Below are positions 37,203 through 46,015 of a stretch of DNA of 55,736 nucleotides, in pieces. The stretch lies in IMG/VR virus record IMGVR_UViG_3300027985_001320, positions 1 to 55,736 of that record. The stretch is one strand, 5' to 3'. The position numbers and the translations under genes are program-made. The notes beneath the pieces were generated by a model. It was given only the letters and a program-made list of their open reading frames with translations. It had not been told where the DNA came from and made no database searches. Numbering within the stretch: position 1 is the first letter of the stretch; each line of letters begins with the position of its first letter. This DNA comes from a virus (lineage: Duplodnaviria > Caudoviricetes).

Positions 37203-37322
37203 AAACAAGAGTCAATATTAATTACCCCGTGGTTATGAGGATAACGTGTTAGCTGAAAAAACGCGCTGAGTAAAGCACTTTACTTGCGACTGTCGTGTTG
37301 ATCGCGCGGGGCGTTACGAATG

Positions 37323-37697
37323 CTAGTTTATTCGAATAACGGTTCCACTAAAAGGTAGGTGAATTAACAAGTCGCGGAAGAAGGGCACTACTTCGAGGGG
37401 AACATCCCAACCTTTCAGTTCCCAAGTAGTTGGGACAATGACGAACTCTCCCGTGTCGTCATAACCGCCTATGCTACATTCAAACTGCATCATAAGTACT
37501 GAAAAGCGCGATGATTCATCAAGAACCCGTAATGGTTTATCGGGGTTCTCACGTCGCCATTTAGCATTAGCCTCGATAGCGATGCGTGGATCAATTCGAT
37601 CTTCTTTTACGGGATCATCGTAAGAACCGAGTAACCAGTTACTTAAATCGATTGGAAATAAGAAGCCGGCGCGTGTACCGCGTTGTTGTGCTTTCAT
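37323..37697 (-). CDS. Hypothetical protein (124 aa), paralog of the upstream gene
   Basis: AGGTG RBS before ATG 37697. C-terminal GYDDTGEFVIVPTTWELKGWDVPLEVVPFFRDL. Confidence 0.75.
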   Translation of the reverse strand: MKAQQRGTRAGFLFPIDLSNWLLGSYDDPVKEDRIDPRIAIEANAKWRRENPDKPLRVLDESSRFSVLMMQFECSIGGYDDTGEFVIVPTTWELKGWDVPLEVVPFFRDLLIHLPFSGTVIRIN

Positions 37698-37731
37698 ATT
37701 GACACCTATTAAAGGATGGATTACGATACAA

Positions 37732-38016
37732 CTAGACTCGTGGAATAAGACGAAGCTTGCGGAAGAAAGGGATAGCCTCATTAGGGACATCCCATCCGCG
37801 TGCTCTATAGGTGGTGGGAGCGATGACATGTTCCCCGGTCTCATCGATACCTTCAACCCAGGCCGTAAAACAACTATCGAAATCGACTTCTTCTACCCGA
37901 CCGAGCACCTGTTCTTTGGGTACACCCAAAAGGCGAGTAACGGCTTCATTAACCGCCCGTTCCCTGAGAAACCGATTACCGTAGTCGGCATCGAAATCAA
38001 AGAAATCGTTAATCAT
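37732..38016 (-). CDS. Hypothetical protein (94 aa), paralog of the downstream gene
   Basis: C-terminal GIDETGEHVIAPTTYRARGWDVPNEAIPFFRKL. ATGA overlap with the previous gene. Confidence 0.75.
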   Translation of the reverse strand: MINDFFDFDADYGNRFLRERAVNEAVTRLLGVPKEQVLGRVEEVDFDSCFTAWVEGIDETGEHVIAPTTYRARGWDVPNEAIPFFRKLRLIPRV

Positions 38017-38540
38017 TGGTCATTCCTTTTTTTAGCTCTTGAAGCAGTGCGGGCCGCGAGTGCTTTCTCGAATAGTGCTTTGGCTTGCTGAAAACCGCCA
38101 TTCTGTTCCATGTCCTCGCGCGTTGTTATACCTGTCACTAGAACAGCGTTATAGGTCGCGCCAAGCAATTCGTCCGATGAGCAGGTGATGGCATGGTCCT
38201 GACTCTCCGCCGTATAGATCGCCGACATGGCATAAGCTACCAGATAACTGACACCCAAATGGCGTGTGCCGGTGGTGACGCCTTCAGCCAATTCCAAATA
38301 GTAACGCACGACCAGATAAAGTGCTTTGGCTCGTTCTCGAAGATACTCGACGACACCTGCTTTAGACAGTTCATCCATATAGCGAACCATCTTGTTTGGC
38401 GTCGGCACATCATCGGTAATATTCACGGTAACGCCCATGCGTTCAGCCCATACCCGGGTATTGTGTCCGAGGTTATAGAGGTTACAGCTGAATTTACAAC
38501 CATATTCCTCATAACGCTTTATTGCGGTTTCAAAGTCCAT
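38013..38540 (-). CDS. Hypothetical protein (175 aa)
   Basis: AAGGAG RBS, overlaps neighbours in operon fashion. Confidence 0.75.
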   Translation of the reverse strand: MDFETAIKRYEEYGCKFSCNLYNLGHNTRVWAERMGVTVNITDDVPTPNKMVRYMDELSKAGVVEYLRERAKALYLVVRYYLELAEGVTTGTRHLGVSYLVAYAMSAIYTAESQDHAITCSSDELLGATYNAVLVTGITTREDMEQNGGFQQAKALFEKALAARTASRAKKRNDQ

Positions 38541-38877
38541 TGGCTGTCTCCTTCACCTGTTCAACATTAAGTGTTATCCGGACAGTTCGAGGGAAACTCA
38601 CCACGCTACTGGGTATCTCACTTCCCAATGTAGAGTACAGAGATTTTACGGTAACCTGCTCACCAGCTGAATTCAGTCCAGTTATCTCTACCGTAAGTTG
38701 TTTATCAATTTCGAGCGGATGGCCAACGATACGTTTGGTGCCGATAGTGACCACGGTTTTATCGACATATCGTCTTGGTGACAATTGACGATGGAGTACA
38801 AACGAAAGTGTATCCGTTCTCTTTTCTTCCGAATTGGAATGATGTATATCCATGTTGCCGTCATTTGACAATGTCAT
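38530..38877 (-). CDS. Hypothetical protein (115 aa)
   Basis: Start moved to ATG 38877 (AGGGG RBS) because the upstream extension contains a terminator hairpin. Confidence 0.6.
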   Translation of the reverse strand: MTLSNDGNMDIHHSNSEEKRTDTLSFVLHRQLSPRRYVDKTVVTIGTKRIVGHPLEIDKQLTVEITGLNSAGEQVTVKSLYSTLGSEIPSSVVSFPRTVRITLNVEQVKETANGL

Positions 38878-38911
38878 GATATTTCCCCTAGTAGATTCAG
38901 TAAAAATATGA

Positions 38912-38944
38912 AAAGAAGAGAAGGGTCGGTCCCTTCTCTTCTTT
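38912..38944 (-). terminator. Hairpin terminator
   Basis: AAAGAAGAGAAGGG-TCGGT-CCCTTCTCTTCTTT (14-bp stem). Confidence 0.7.
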
Positions 38945-38968
38945 AGGGTTAAAAACAAACGTTTGGTC

Positions 38969-39547
38969 TTAAAACTTATCAGTTGAGGTTATCTGGAAGT
39001 CAGATGGGATGATCATGCCCAATTCCGGATTCACCTCGTAGGTCATGCCATCGATGATGATGTGACCTATACCACTATTGTTTAACTTGACGACCGGCAC
39101 GCCGTCGGTCCCACCGGGTTCTGATTCGGCGACTTCAGTCAGTCCCTCTATATCGACCTCAAAAGGAAGGGTAGCTAATCCTTCTTTATTCTTTCGATCG
39201 TAGATGACTTTTGAGTGCACCGTCGTGCCATGCTCCCATTCGTTGAGGATGATGAGTTTAGACCGTAGCGGGTTGACGAAATGGATAGCCATTAGAAAGC
39301 CACCCCATGTCATACGGTTACTGGTGAGTTGCTTAACGATGTTGCCCCGATCACGTCGTCTGGATTTACCTTGCGCCGACAAACGGCTGGCAGGGTCATT
39401 CAGAAACTGGTTCATCTTGGTTTGCCACATGGCCATGTTCATTCCAAGATCCCCTATGATCGTACGCCATAGCCGAGTGAATACATCACAGGCTTCATTG
39501 ACGCGCTTATCGGGGTCATCGAGGAGCGCTTTCACGATCCTTGACAT
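38969..39547 (-). CDS. Conserved chimallivirus hypothetical protein
   Basis: 192 aa. LWRTII.DL, FLNDP and RGNIVKQL...MTW motifs recalled from phiKZ-like core genes. Confidence 0.65.
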   Translation of the reverse strand: MSRIVKALLDDPDKRVNEACDVFTRLWRTIIGDLGMNMAMWQTKMNQFLNDPASRLSAQGKSRRRDRGNIVKQLTSNRMTWGGFLMAIHFVNPLRSKLIILNEWEHGTTVHSKVIYDRKNKEGLATLPFEVDIEGLTEVAESEPGGTDGVPVVKLNNSGIGHIIIDGMTYEVNPELGMIIPSDFQITSTDKF

Positions 39548-39559
39548 AACGAGTCCTGT

Positions 39560-40060
39560 TTAGTTGAGTAACTGCAACAGTGCATGCGTCGCACACAGTG
39601 CAGTGCTCACAGTAGTAAAACCCATCCGTGCGATAACGATGTTATCGAGGTATGGGGCTAACGCTGACAAAGTTTTGATTAGGTCATGATAAACTCCTTC
39701 TGGGGGTAAGTTATGGTGGGCATCGTCTTGTAGAAAGTATTCCAAAGATACCGTGATCGCTTCACGTCGAGGAAACCGACGTGGTTTGGGTGGATAGTCA
39801 CCCCGGCTACACTGTTCGGTGAAATCAGTCAGGCTAGGCAGAAGCTCCGGCACGGTACGTGCCCGTGTCGAAAACTGGAGTTGTTCCGCTCGACGGGGCG
39901 AGTAGCGGTCAAAGTGTATCCCCGACAATTGTGCGTGTAGCTGCAATAACGCCTGTACGTATCCGGAAAGCTCTTCCGGTGTCCGTGGCAGTGGTCGAGC
40001 AAGAAATTTACGACATAGATGCCGATGGCGACGTCGACGACGCCAGTCTGTAAACCACAC
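39560..40060 (-). CDS. Hypothetical protein (166 aa) with Arg-rich N-terminus
   Basis: AAGGAG RBS before GTG 40060. Confidence 0.7.
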   Translation of the reverse strand: MWFTDWRRRRRHRHLCRKFLARPLPRTPEELSGYVQALLQLHAQLSGIHFDRYSPRRAEQLQFSTRARTVPELLPSLTDFTEQCSRGDYPPKPRRFPRREAITVSLEYFLQDDAHHNLPPEGVYHDLIKTLSALAPYLDNIVIARMGFTTVSTALCATHALLQLLN

Positions 40061-40085
40061 AGTTAACTCCTTACACCTAGCATCT

Positions 40086-40111
40086 CACAATGATAGTATA
40101 GGACTGAAAAA
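40086..40111 (-). promoter_or_regulatory. Putative phage-RNAP (early-type) promoter
   Basis: TTTTTCAGTCCTATACTATCATTGTG, matching the motif at 16591-16616. Heads the leftward 37.3-40.1 kb gene cluster. Confidence 0.55.
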
Positions 40112-40142
40112 CTATTTATTGGACGTACGTTCATGGAGGTAT

Positions 40143-40679
40143 ATGATGTCAGATATGAATACAGAATTACAGACATCGGCGGCGGCTGAAGATCAGGTCC
40201 AGGTTGCCAATGAGTATCTGGCTGAAGTGTTTAAACACTTTGCCGACCAGAACCCGGCTAAGGAGATCGCTAAAGACCCCGATGCCTTAAAGTTGATGCT
40301 TCAGCTCAACGGTGCCATCAATACCAACTTCGTCCAGATGAAACGGTTGGGCATCGAAGAGAAAGGTAAGATTACCGATCGGATGGTTCAGGAAATGGCC
40401 CGTCAGGTATTGGAGAAAATGCGGGAGAATATGTCCCCTAGCGGCCGGGTGATTGACGCGACTGCCGAGGTGATCGTCCCCGAACTGGACCTTCCGGATA
40501 TTACCGATGCCAATCCCGACCGCCTCCATATGGGGCGGGACTTTCGCGGTAGTTTTGACGACATGGTTGAGGACTACCGTGAACACGGGGCGGTTACCTT
40601 ACCGACAAAACCCGACGAGTCCAGCGAACGCCTTATCCGCTCCGATCCCGCGGCAATCATTCCGCCGGATCTTGCGTAA
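40143..40679 (+). CDS. Hypothetical protein (~178 aa, helical)
   Basis: GGAGG at 40135-40139 before ATG 40143/40146. Confidence 0.75.
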   Translation: MMSDMNTELQTSAAAEDQVQVANEYLAEVFKHFADQNPAKEIAKDPDALKLMLQLNGAINTNFVQMKRLGIEEKGKITDRMVQEMARQVLEKMRENMSPSGRVIDATAEVIVPELDLPDITDANPDRLHMGRDFRGSFDDMVEDYREHGAVTLPTKPDESSERLIRSDPAAIIPPDLA

Positions 40680-40683
40680 TAGA

Positions 40684-40725
40684 CGCAGGAAGGATTATCC
40701 TTCCTGCGGTTTATGTTTTATGCCG
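40684..40725 (+). terminator. Hairpin plus TATGCCG
   Basis: CGCAGGAAGGAT-T-ATCCTTCCTGCG, then GTTTATGTTTTATGCCG. Confidence 0.7.
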
Positions 40726-41459
40726 GATAAATCGATCAAACTGAATTCCGCCACCGGATGAATCGCCAGGGCGATAAACTCCGCCATAAACAACTCCAGC
40801 GCCGCAAACGGATTAGATTGCACGGGCGTGTCAACCCCATAGAAGACCTGCGGTTTCGTAGCGAGGGTCGCATCCAGAGCAGGTGCTACCATATAAGTGG
40901 CTGGTGTCGGTTGTTTGGCTAATGCCTCGATGTGTAAACCAAGCCATTGGTTAAAATCATACACCACGACCAAACTGTATTCATCGCGCAACCGTTTGGG
41001 GGTCAGCGCTTCGGGTGGAATACTGACCATTTCGATCGTGGTGTACGGTGCACTATAATGCGATGACATCACTTCCGCAATAAAGTGCTGCTCCCGTGCG
41101 GATAAGACGTAGGGGTAATAGTTGATTTGTAAGGTAAGGTCTTGGGTTACGGGTTCGTTAAACCCGTTTTGTTCAAGTTTACGTAGCATCGGTTGAAGGT
41201 GGGCGATCAGGTCCGTGGGCCGTGAGGCTTCGAGGACAGCATGGTCCCGTGCCCGGTACCGTTCGGCGAATGCTTCGTTACTCACCTTCCCATGGGTGAG
41301 AAAGGACCAGTTGTCTGAAGCCCGGGTAGTATACCGTGGACCCAACAGCCCCGCCGCCGCCTCTTCATCCAGCAGCGCCAGAGTGCCTAGCCGGGTATCT
41401 AGCAAACAATCGAGTTCGATCAACAGATGGGAGTCTTCGCCAATAAGATTCATCTTCAC
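40695..41459 (-). CDS. Conserved chimallivirus protein with HAD-like N-terminal motif
   Basis: 254 aa. LLIELDCLLDTRLGTL resembles a degenerate HAD motif I. Confidence 0.6.
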   Translation of the reverse strand: MKMNLIGEDSHLLIELDCLLDTRLGTLALLDEEAAAGLLGPRYTTRASDNWSFLTHGKVSNEAFAERYRARDHAVLEASRPTDLIAHLQPMLRKLEQNGFNEPVTQDLTLQINYYPYVLSAREQHFIAEVMSSHYSAPYTTIEMVSIPPEALTPKRLRDEYSLVVVYDFNQWLGLHIEALAKQPTPATYMVAPALDATLATKPQVFYGVDTPVQSNPFAALELFMAEFIALAIHPVAEFSLIDLSGIKHKPQEG

Positions 41460-41465
41460 CTGCTC

Positions 41466-42047
41466 CTACTGTGCTTGGTGTGTCTGATGTTCCAGCACGT
41501 GTGCCAACTCAATCAACATCTGCTGCAGTAGTGGGTAAATCATCAGATGTACCACCATCCACGGATGTAAGGCGATAACCGTCGAGAGTTCTTCCGAAGA
41601 GGCCAGACGACCATAAAACTGATCACGCTCTTCGCCCGCCGCGATGCGCACATTACGGCTATAGCCGAGAATCATTTGTGATTTAAAATCACGATAATTC
41701 AGATCCGTCCGCATCACCGTAAAGGGAATATAGGTGATGGTGGGGATTGCCGTCACGACTTCAGCATAACCGGACACTTCCTCCCAACAGGCACTCGCGA
41801 CCTCTTTGGTTAAAAAGGCCGGCGGGTACCGGCGCATGATGGTCAGCCAGCGCGTGATCGGCATCAGGCTCCCGTGTTCCTGCAGCAATTTTTCGATGGA
41901 AATACCCGCTGCACGATTAGTCGGCTGTTGTTTATAAACCTTAGCCGTTAAGGTTAATTCCAACTTGGCCTCTCCCATCAAGAAGGCGCGGGTTTCTTTT
42001 AACGCTGTGGTGAGTAGTGTCGAATCCAATTCCATGCTAGCTAGCAT
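41466..42047 (-). CDS. Hypothetical protein (193 aa)
   Basis: ORF in the operon between the vRNAP beta-C gene and the HAD-like gene. Confidence 0.7.
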   Translation of the reverse strand: MLASMELDSTLLTTALKETRAFLMGEAKLELTLTAKVYKQQPTNRAAGISIEKLLQEHGSLMPITRWLTIMRRYPPAFLTKEVASACWEEVSGYAEVVTAIPTITYIPFTVMRTDLNYRDFKSQMILGYSRNVRIAAGEERDQFYGRLASSEELSTVIALHPWMVVHLMIYPLLQQMLIELAHVLEHQTHQAQ

Positions 42048-42052
42048 CCTGA

Positions 42053-42724
42053 CTAAAAGTTATTGTTAAGGTGCATTCCGAACATCAACGTCGAAGCGGT
42101 TTCGACGGACTTCGGCCGGCTCCGATCCATGGGATAAAACGATTGACGGAAGTTACCCGTTTCAGCGATCATCTTATTCATGGCCCGCATCGCGTCTAAG
42201 TCACCCCCACGGAACTTTAACATCTCGATAATGGTTTTATCCATCTTCTGGGCAAAGACCATTTGCAGTTCAGGGTTGGACAACTTAGAGGCTTTCGATT
42301 TACCGGTCACCTGGGCACTTAGGTCATCTATGTGTTTGTTATCTTTCGGGATGTTTTTCTTCTTATCCAGGATCTGTTCCTGGGCGCGCAAAGGCAAGAG
42401 CAGAACAGGATAAGGCTTCGGGGTCTCATAGATCATACCGGTCGCATTATCGGACAGATGGAGTTTCTGCCAGATGGGTCGCCCTAACGCCACTGATGCG
42501 GTCCGCATTAAGTCTTTATCGATGGACATCCCTTTGAAGTTAGGGAGCGTTACCCGCAGCGTTTCGGTACGCGCTTCTAACCGGGCCATGTAGTCGTCAA
42601 ACTGACGGTCGGTCATCCGGTTGAACTGGGCGGCCATGCGTGCTTGGTTACCCGTGCCGGGAAAGAGCTTCTCAATCCACTCCAGGAGGTAGTTCTGCGT
42701 TTTCTGACGATTGACAAGTGCCAT
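42053..42724 (-). CDS. Virion RNA polymerase beta subunit, C-terminal part (phiKZ gp149-like)
   Basis: DDLSAQVTGKSKASKLSNPELQ...IIEMLKFRGGD aligns by eye with the RpoB C-terminus ([23 protein letters not shown]...EMLTVKSDD). Also DNATG..Y.TP. GGAG RBS before ATG 42724. Confidence 0.8.
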   Translation of the reverse strand: MALVNRQKTQNYLLEWIEKLFPGTGNQARMAAQFNRMTDRQFDDYMARLEARTETLRVTLPNFKGMSIDKDLMRTASVALGRPIWQKLHLSDNATGMIYETPKPYPVLLLPLRAQEQILDKKKNIPKDNKHIDDLSAQVTGKSKASKLSNPELQMVFAQKMDKTIIEMLKFRGGDLDAMRAMNKMIAETGNFRQSFYPMDRSRPKSVETASTLMFGMHLNNNF

Positions 42725-43265
42725 GGTATTCACTCCACGTGATGGGCATACGGACTATAAAATAGACGACGCCCCGCGCCTCCTCATGATGGGCGGCGAG
42801 CTTCATCATGTGTCCGCTGCCGCGAGAAAAACCGTCCCAGAAAATACCGATATGGGTGGCGATGTCCGCCATCTTGACATTACGGATCATCCCCGCTTTA
42901 ACCCCCAACCCGTTCCAATCGGCCCGCTCCACCCAATAAGACCAGCCGTGGGTGCGACAATACTCCTCTATAATTGCATCGACCCCCGATGCGCCCCCAA
43001 TCACGATGAGGGTGTCCTCTCGATCAAACTCACGCAACCCGGCATCCAAAATCCCATAGATCGTATTCAGGCACCAAATATCACGACTTCCCGAAAACAC
43101 CAGCCGGTTAGCATAGGCGTCAGCAGCTTCTTCCAAAGTGTTGTGTTTAACCGGCGGTTGGTAGATCCGCTTTTGCGGCAGTTCGATATGGTGACCCCAA
43201 ATCTCACTCTCTAAGTAGCTATCGTCCTCACAGACCCAAAGATCATCACAAGGATTCATTGACAT
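42672..43265 (-). CDS. SLOG-superfamily (YspA/DUF2493-like) nucleotide-binding protein
   Basis: LVFSGSRD, IVIGGASGVD, ADW..LGVKAGMIRNVKM and FWDGFSRGSGHM motifs. Confidence 0.82.
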   Translation of the reverse strand: MSMNPCDDLWVCEDDSYLESEIWGHHIELPQKRIYQPPVKHNTLEEAADAYANRLVFSGSRDIWCLNTIYGILDAGLREFDREDTLIVIGGASGVDAIIEEYCRTHGWSYWVERADWNGLGVKAGMIRNVKMADIATHIGIFWDGFSRGSGHMMKLAAHHEEARGVVYFIVRMPITWSEYHGTCQSSENAELPPGVD

Positions 43266-43557
43266 ACAACTCCACGATCACAGGAAGAACAAACCGACTG
43301 ACTTCAATCATCCACAAGTGGGGATCAACCAGCCGGTCATCTAACGCTTCACGCGCATCAACCCCCCGAGGACCCTTATCTTTCAGGAGCCGTCTCAGTG
43401 AATAGTTGAGCACCGGTATCTGCTCCTCGTACGGACGATCGTTGAACTCATCGATATCCCGCCCTTGGGCCTTAATGCGTTCATTTAGCAGAGTAGCGGC
43501 GCCTACGCACCGCTGCTCCAAACGATACAGCATTAAGGCTAGTAAGTTACTAGCCAT
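43246..43557 (-). CDS. Hypothetical protein (103 aa)
   Basis: ORF directly downstream of the recA-like gene. Confidence 0.7.
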   Translation of the reverse strand: MASNLLALMLYRLEQRCVGAATLLNERIKAQGRDIDEFNDRPYEEQIPVLNYSLRRLLKDKGPRGVDAREALDDRLVDPHLWMIEVSRFVLPVIVELYVNESL

Positions 43558-43560
43558 CGG

Positions 43561-45045
43561 TTAGTCATCCTCTTTAGTGGCCGGCAGCTGATCCAACGGC
43601 GTGCGCGCATGTTTGGGTACGGCCGCGGCGTCCATCCAATAAGGGACGTATGTCCCTTTACACATTTTCAACAGGTCTTCCGTCGAGAGCTCTTTACGGG
43701 GGTTGGCAGCCTCATCCTCTAAATGGACCCAGTAGAAACGACATTCCAGCAACACATCCCAGTCATACCCTCGGCGGGTTAAGATATCACGCATCGCTTT
43801 CGGCGTCACCAGGAGTTCACGCGAGTACGCGAGTTTTTCATGGGTTAACTGACACAGTTGGGCGGTGATGTGAATCGCACTTTGCAGTTTATAGTCATTA
43901 TCCAATTCCGTACGGATCGTCGTCCGTTGATATTTCTTACCAGGGTACAGATCGACTTCCATAAACTGCTGTGACCCCCCTAAGCCCCAGTAGTTGTAGT
44001 TTTTACGCAGATAGTGGAAACTGGTCAAGTCGATCCGAATCCCTTCCTCCTGTGATAACACAAGATCGACATTGATGCCGGAGGAGCCCCCTTTCCCGCG
44101 TAGCTGACGGTAGGTGATCAACTGTAAGTCGGTGGCACCCGCCATTTTGTTTTCGATCTCATTGCGCGGGTACTCCGGGGCCTTGGTGGACTTGTTATTC
44201 AGCATCTCCATGTGCACCCCTAACCAGAAGTTAGCGGTCATGAAGGTAAACCGTTCCGGGCAATACTTCAGCGATAAGTTACCCATGAAACTGAGTTTCT
44301 TCTTATTGGTCGGAAAGAGTTCCAGTTCAACACGGTCACCCACATGTGCCGTCATCAAGGCATACATCTGCCCAATCGCTAATACCGACGGGAGCTGATT
44401 CAGCATCTGTGTTTTCGCCGCCCCCAGCCGTGCGGCCTCCATGTTCATGCCGCTTTCACCGACCTTGTTGTCGGTATGCATCTTCTCTAATGAGCTGAAC
44501 ATCATCATGGAGATAGAATCCAGCAAAATGATCGCCGGTGTAAATTGGGTGATCGGTACCAACTTACCGTCAGTGTCTTCGTTGCCAAAGGGCGCCGTCC
44601 GGGTGATCTTTTTAGCATCCGCTACCCGTCCATCCCGCCAGAGCTTCATCTGGTGGAAAATACCATCACCGGTATACTTGGTCATGTCGGTGTAGATATA
44701 CGCATTCGTTTGAAACTTCAGCTCGTACTCTTCATCCCCCGTATGGTGATAATAGAGTTCTTTTTTACGATTGATCGCCCCTGAATCTTCATCATCGTAA
44801 CACAACAACTGACTGCCATTATAGCGATGCAACGCCCGCCCACCTAAAAACTCGATGAGCGTCGTTTTACCCATGTTACCACGTGCGGCGACCCCCGTGG
44901 TGCGTGAAATGCCGCCATTAACAATCGAGTTACCATGAACGCCCGGTAAATAGTCACCGGTGATAAGATCAAAAAGGCCACCGACATTAAGGCTAGGACG
45001 TACATCGTCCGCCGGGGTAATTACAGATGCAAGATCAGATGACAT
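43561..45045 (-). CDS. uvsX: RecA/UvsX-like recombinase (phiKZ gp152-like)
   Basis: RPSLNVG.LFD..TG, Walker A ARGNMGKTT, Walker B ILLDSIS, LMTAHVGD and LRGKGGSSG. 494 aa. Confidence 0.85.
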   Translation of the reverse strand: MSSDLASVITPADDVRPSLNVGGLFDLITGDYLPGVHGNSIVNGGISRTTGVAARGNMGKTTLIEFLGGRALHRYNGSQLLCYDDEDSGAINRKKELYYHHTGDEEYELKFQTNAYIYTDMTKYTGDGIFHQMKLWRDGRVADAKKITRTAPFGNEDTDGKLVPITQFTPAIILLDSISMMMFSSLEKMHTDNKVGESGMNMEAARLGAAKTQMLNQLPSVLAIGQMYALMTAHVGDRVELELFPTNKKKLSFMGNLSLKYCPERFTFMTANFWLGVHMEMLNNKSTKAPEYPRNEIENKMAGATDLQLITYRQLRGKGGSSGINVDLVLSQEEGIRIDLTSFHYLRKNYNYWGLGGSQQFMEVDLYPGKKYQRTTIRTELDNDYKLQSAIHITAQLCQLTHEKLAYSRELLVTPKAMRDILTRRGYDWDVLLECRFYWVHLEDEAANPRKELSTEDLLKMCKGTYVPYWMDAAAVPKHARTPLDQLPATKEDD

Positions 45046-45135
45046 TAGGTATACTCCATGTCGTTACTAAAAACACTGTGTGCTCTCCTAAATAATGTGT
45101 GCTGCTAGTTTAAATTAACGTGAGGATTTATATCC

Positions 45136-45957
45136 ATGACTGAAACGTCTACGCTGTTGCCGCTGGTCACCACTTTGGACCGGCATGTTACCTGGGCCGA
45201 GCATGGCATCCAGCGACCGCTGGAAATCTCCACTCAGGGGTTGTCCGATTATTTTTCTGGTGTCACTCAGGCCTTCAACGCGACGGACACGTTCACCGGA
45301 TATATTAAAGGCCTGTTTTCATCCACCCACCGCATGGTGCGTTATCTGAATAGCGCCACCTATTCGCAGCTGAAAGATAAAGAGTTCTATGTGCCGCTGG
45401 GGTTTACGGGTAACCTGTACGAGTACGTTCAGGTACTGACCGATTCGGGCCGCTATATCGAGTCAGGGCTGGCGTTTATTACGGACGCTATCAAGTGGAT
45501 GGGGTCGTTGAATAACGACCCAGACCAGTTTCGTAACCGCACCCAGCCCCGTTTCAACTATCCCGACACGGTCACGATGCAGAAAGCATTGAAGCCGTTC
45601 TTCGACAACACCGAGCACACCACGCAACCGTTCGGGGCCATCGTTATGAATGTCGGCCAGTATCGCGATGCGCTGTTACAGATGAACGAGCTGTCCGATC
45701 GCAGTACCCTTAAAGTAACAGAACAGGTCCATCAACAGATGACCACGTTCGTGACCTATGCGAAACTGTTGGTCGAACAGATCGAAGATGCCTATGACCC
45801 CGTGCCGGTCTCAAAAGAAACCCATCAGATGCTATCGGCCTTGTTCAAGGAAGCGGATGTATTCTTTTCGATGACGGCGATCCTGCTTTATAACCGTAAG
45901 CGATTGGCGGTGGCGCTTCAGGATAATGAAGCGTTGTTAAAGAAATTTGTGAAATGA
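45136..45957 (+). CDS. Virion head protein (phiKZ gp153-like) with N-terminal propeptide-like segment
   Basis: 273 aa. VPLGFTGNLYEY motif. Divergent from uvsX, between uvsX and RNase H as in phiKZ-like phages. Confidence 0.62.
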   Translation: MTETSTLLPLVTTLDRHVTWAEHGIQRPLEISTQGLSDYFSGVTQAFNATDTFTGYIKGLFSSTHRMVRYLNSATYSQLKDKEFYVPLGFTGNLYEYVQVLTDSGRYIESGLAFITDAIKWMGSLNNDPDQFRNRTQPRFNYPDTVTMQKALKPFFDNTEHTTQPFGAIVMNVGQYRDALLQMNELSDRSTLKVTEQVHQQMTTFVTYAKLLVEQIEDAYDPVPVSKETHQMLSALFKEADVFFSMTAILLYNRKRLAVALQDNEALLKKFVK

Positions 45958-45958
45958 T

Positions 45959-46005
45959 CGACATACGCCAGAGAGGAGGGGTGCCCCTCCTCTCTGGCTA
46001 TGCCG
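45959..46005. terminator. Bidirectional hairpin flanked by TATG(C/T)CG on both strands
   Basis: GCCAGAGAGGAGGGG-TG-CCCCTCCTCTCTGGC (45967-45998), TATGCCG at 45999-46005, reverse TATGTCG at 45965-45959. Confidence 0.8.
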
Positions 46006-46015
46006 TTTCGTGCAT

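Noticed and set aside
25496-42724. Split multisubunit RNA polymerase as a novel system
   Set aside because: Fragmented beta and beta' virion RNAP genes are an established feature of phiKZ-related jumbo phages.
3331-45045. Inteins or self-splicing introns in terminase, RNAP subunits or RecA
   Set aside because: The ORFs are continuous, lengths are near those expected for phiKZ-like orthologs, and no intein C-terminal HN motif with a LAGLIDADG block or HNH insert was seen.
1955-45957. Codon reassignment (Gln codon read as Glu, or stop-codon recoding) as an explanation of the S-X-Q motifs
   Set aside because: Both CAA and CAG are used in the motifs, conserved Gln residues (terminase PRQTGKS, SLT GLYQF) are encoded normally, catalytic Glu residues use Glu codons, and all core genes are intact under the standard code.
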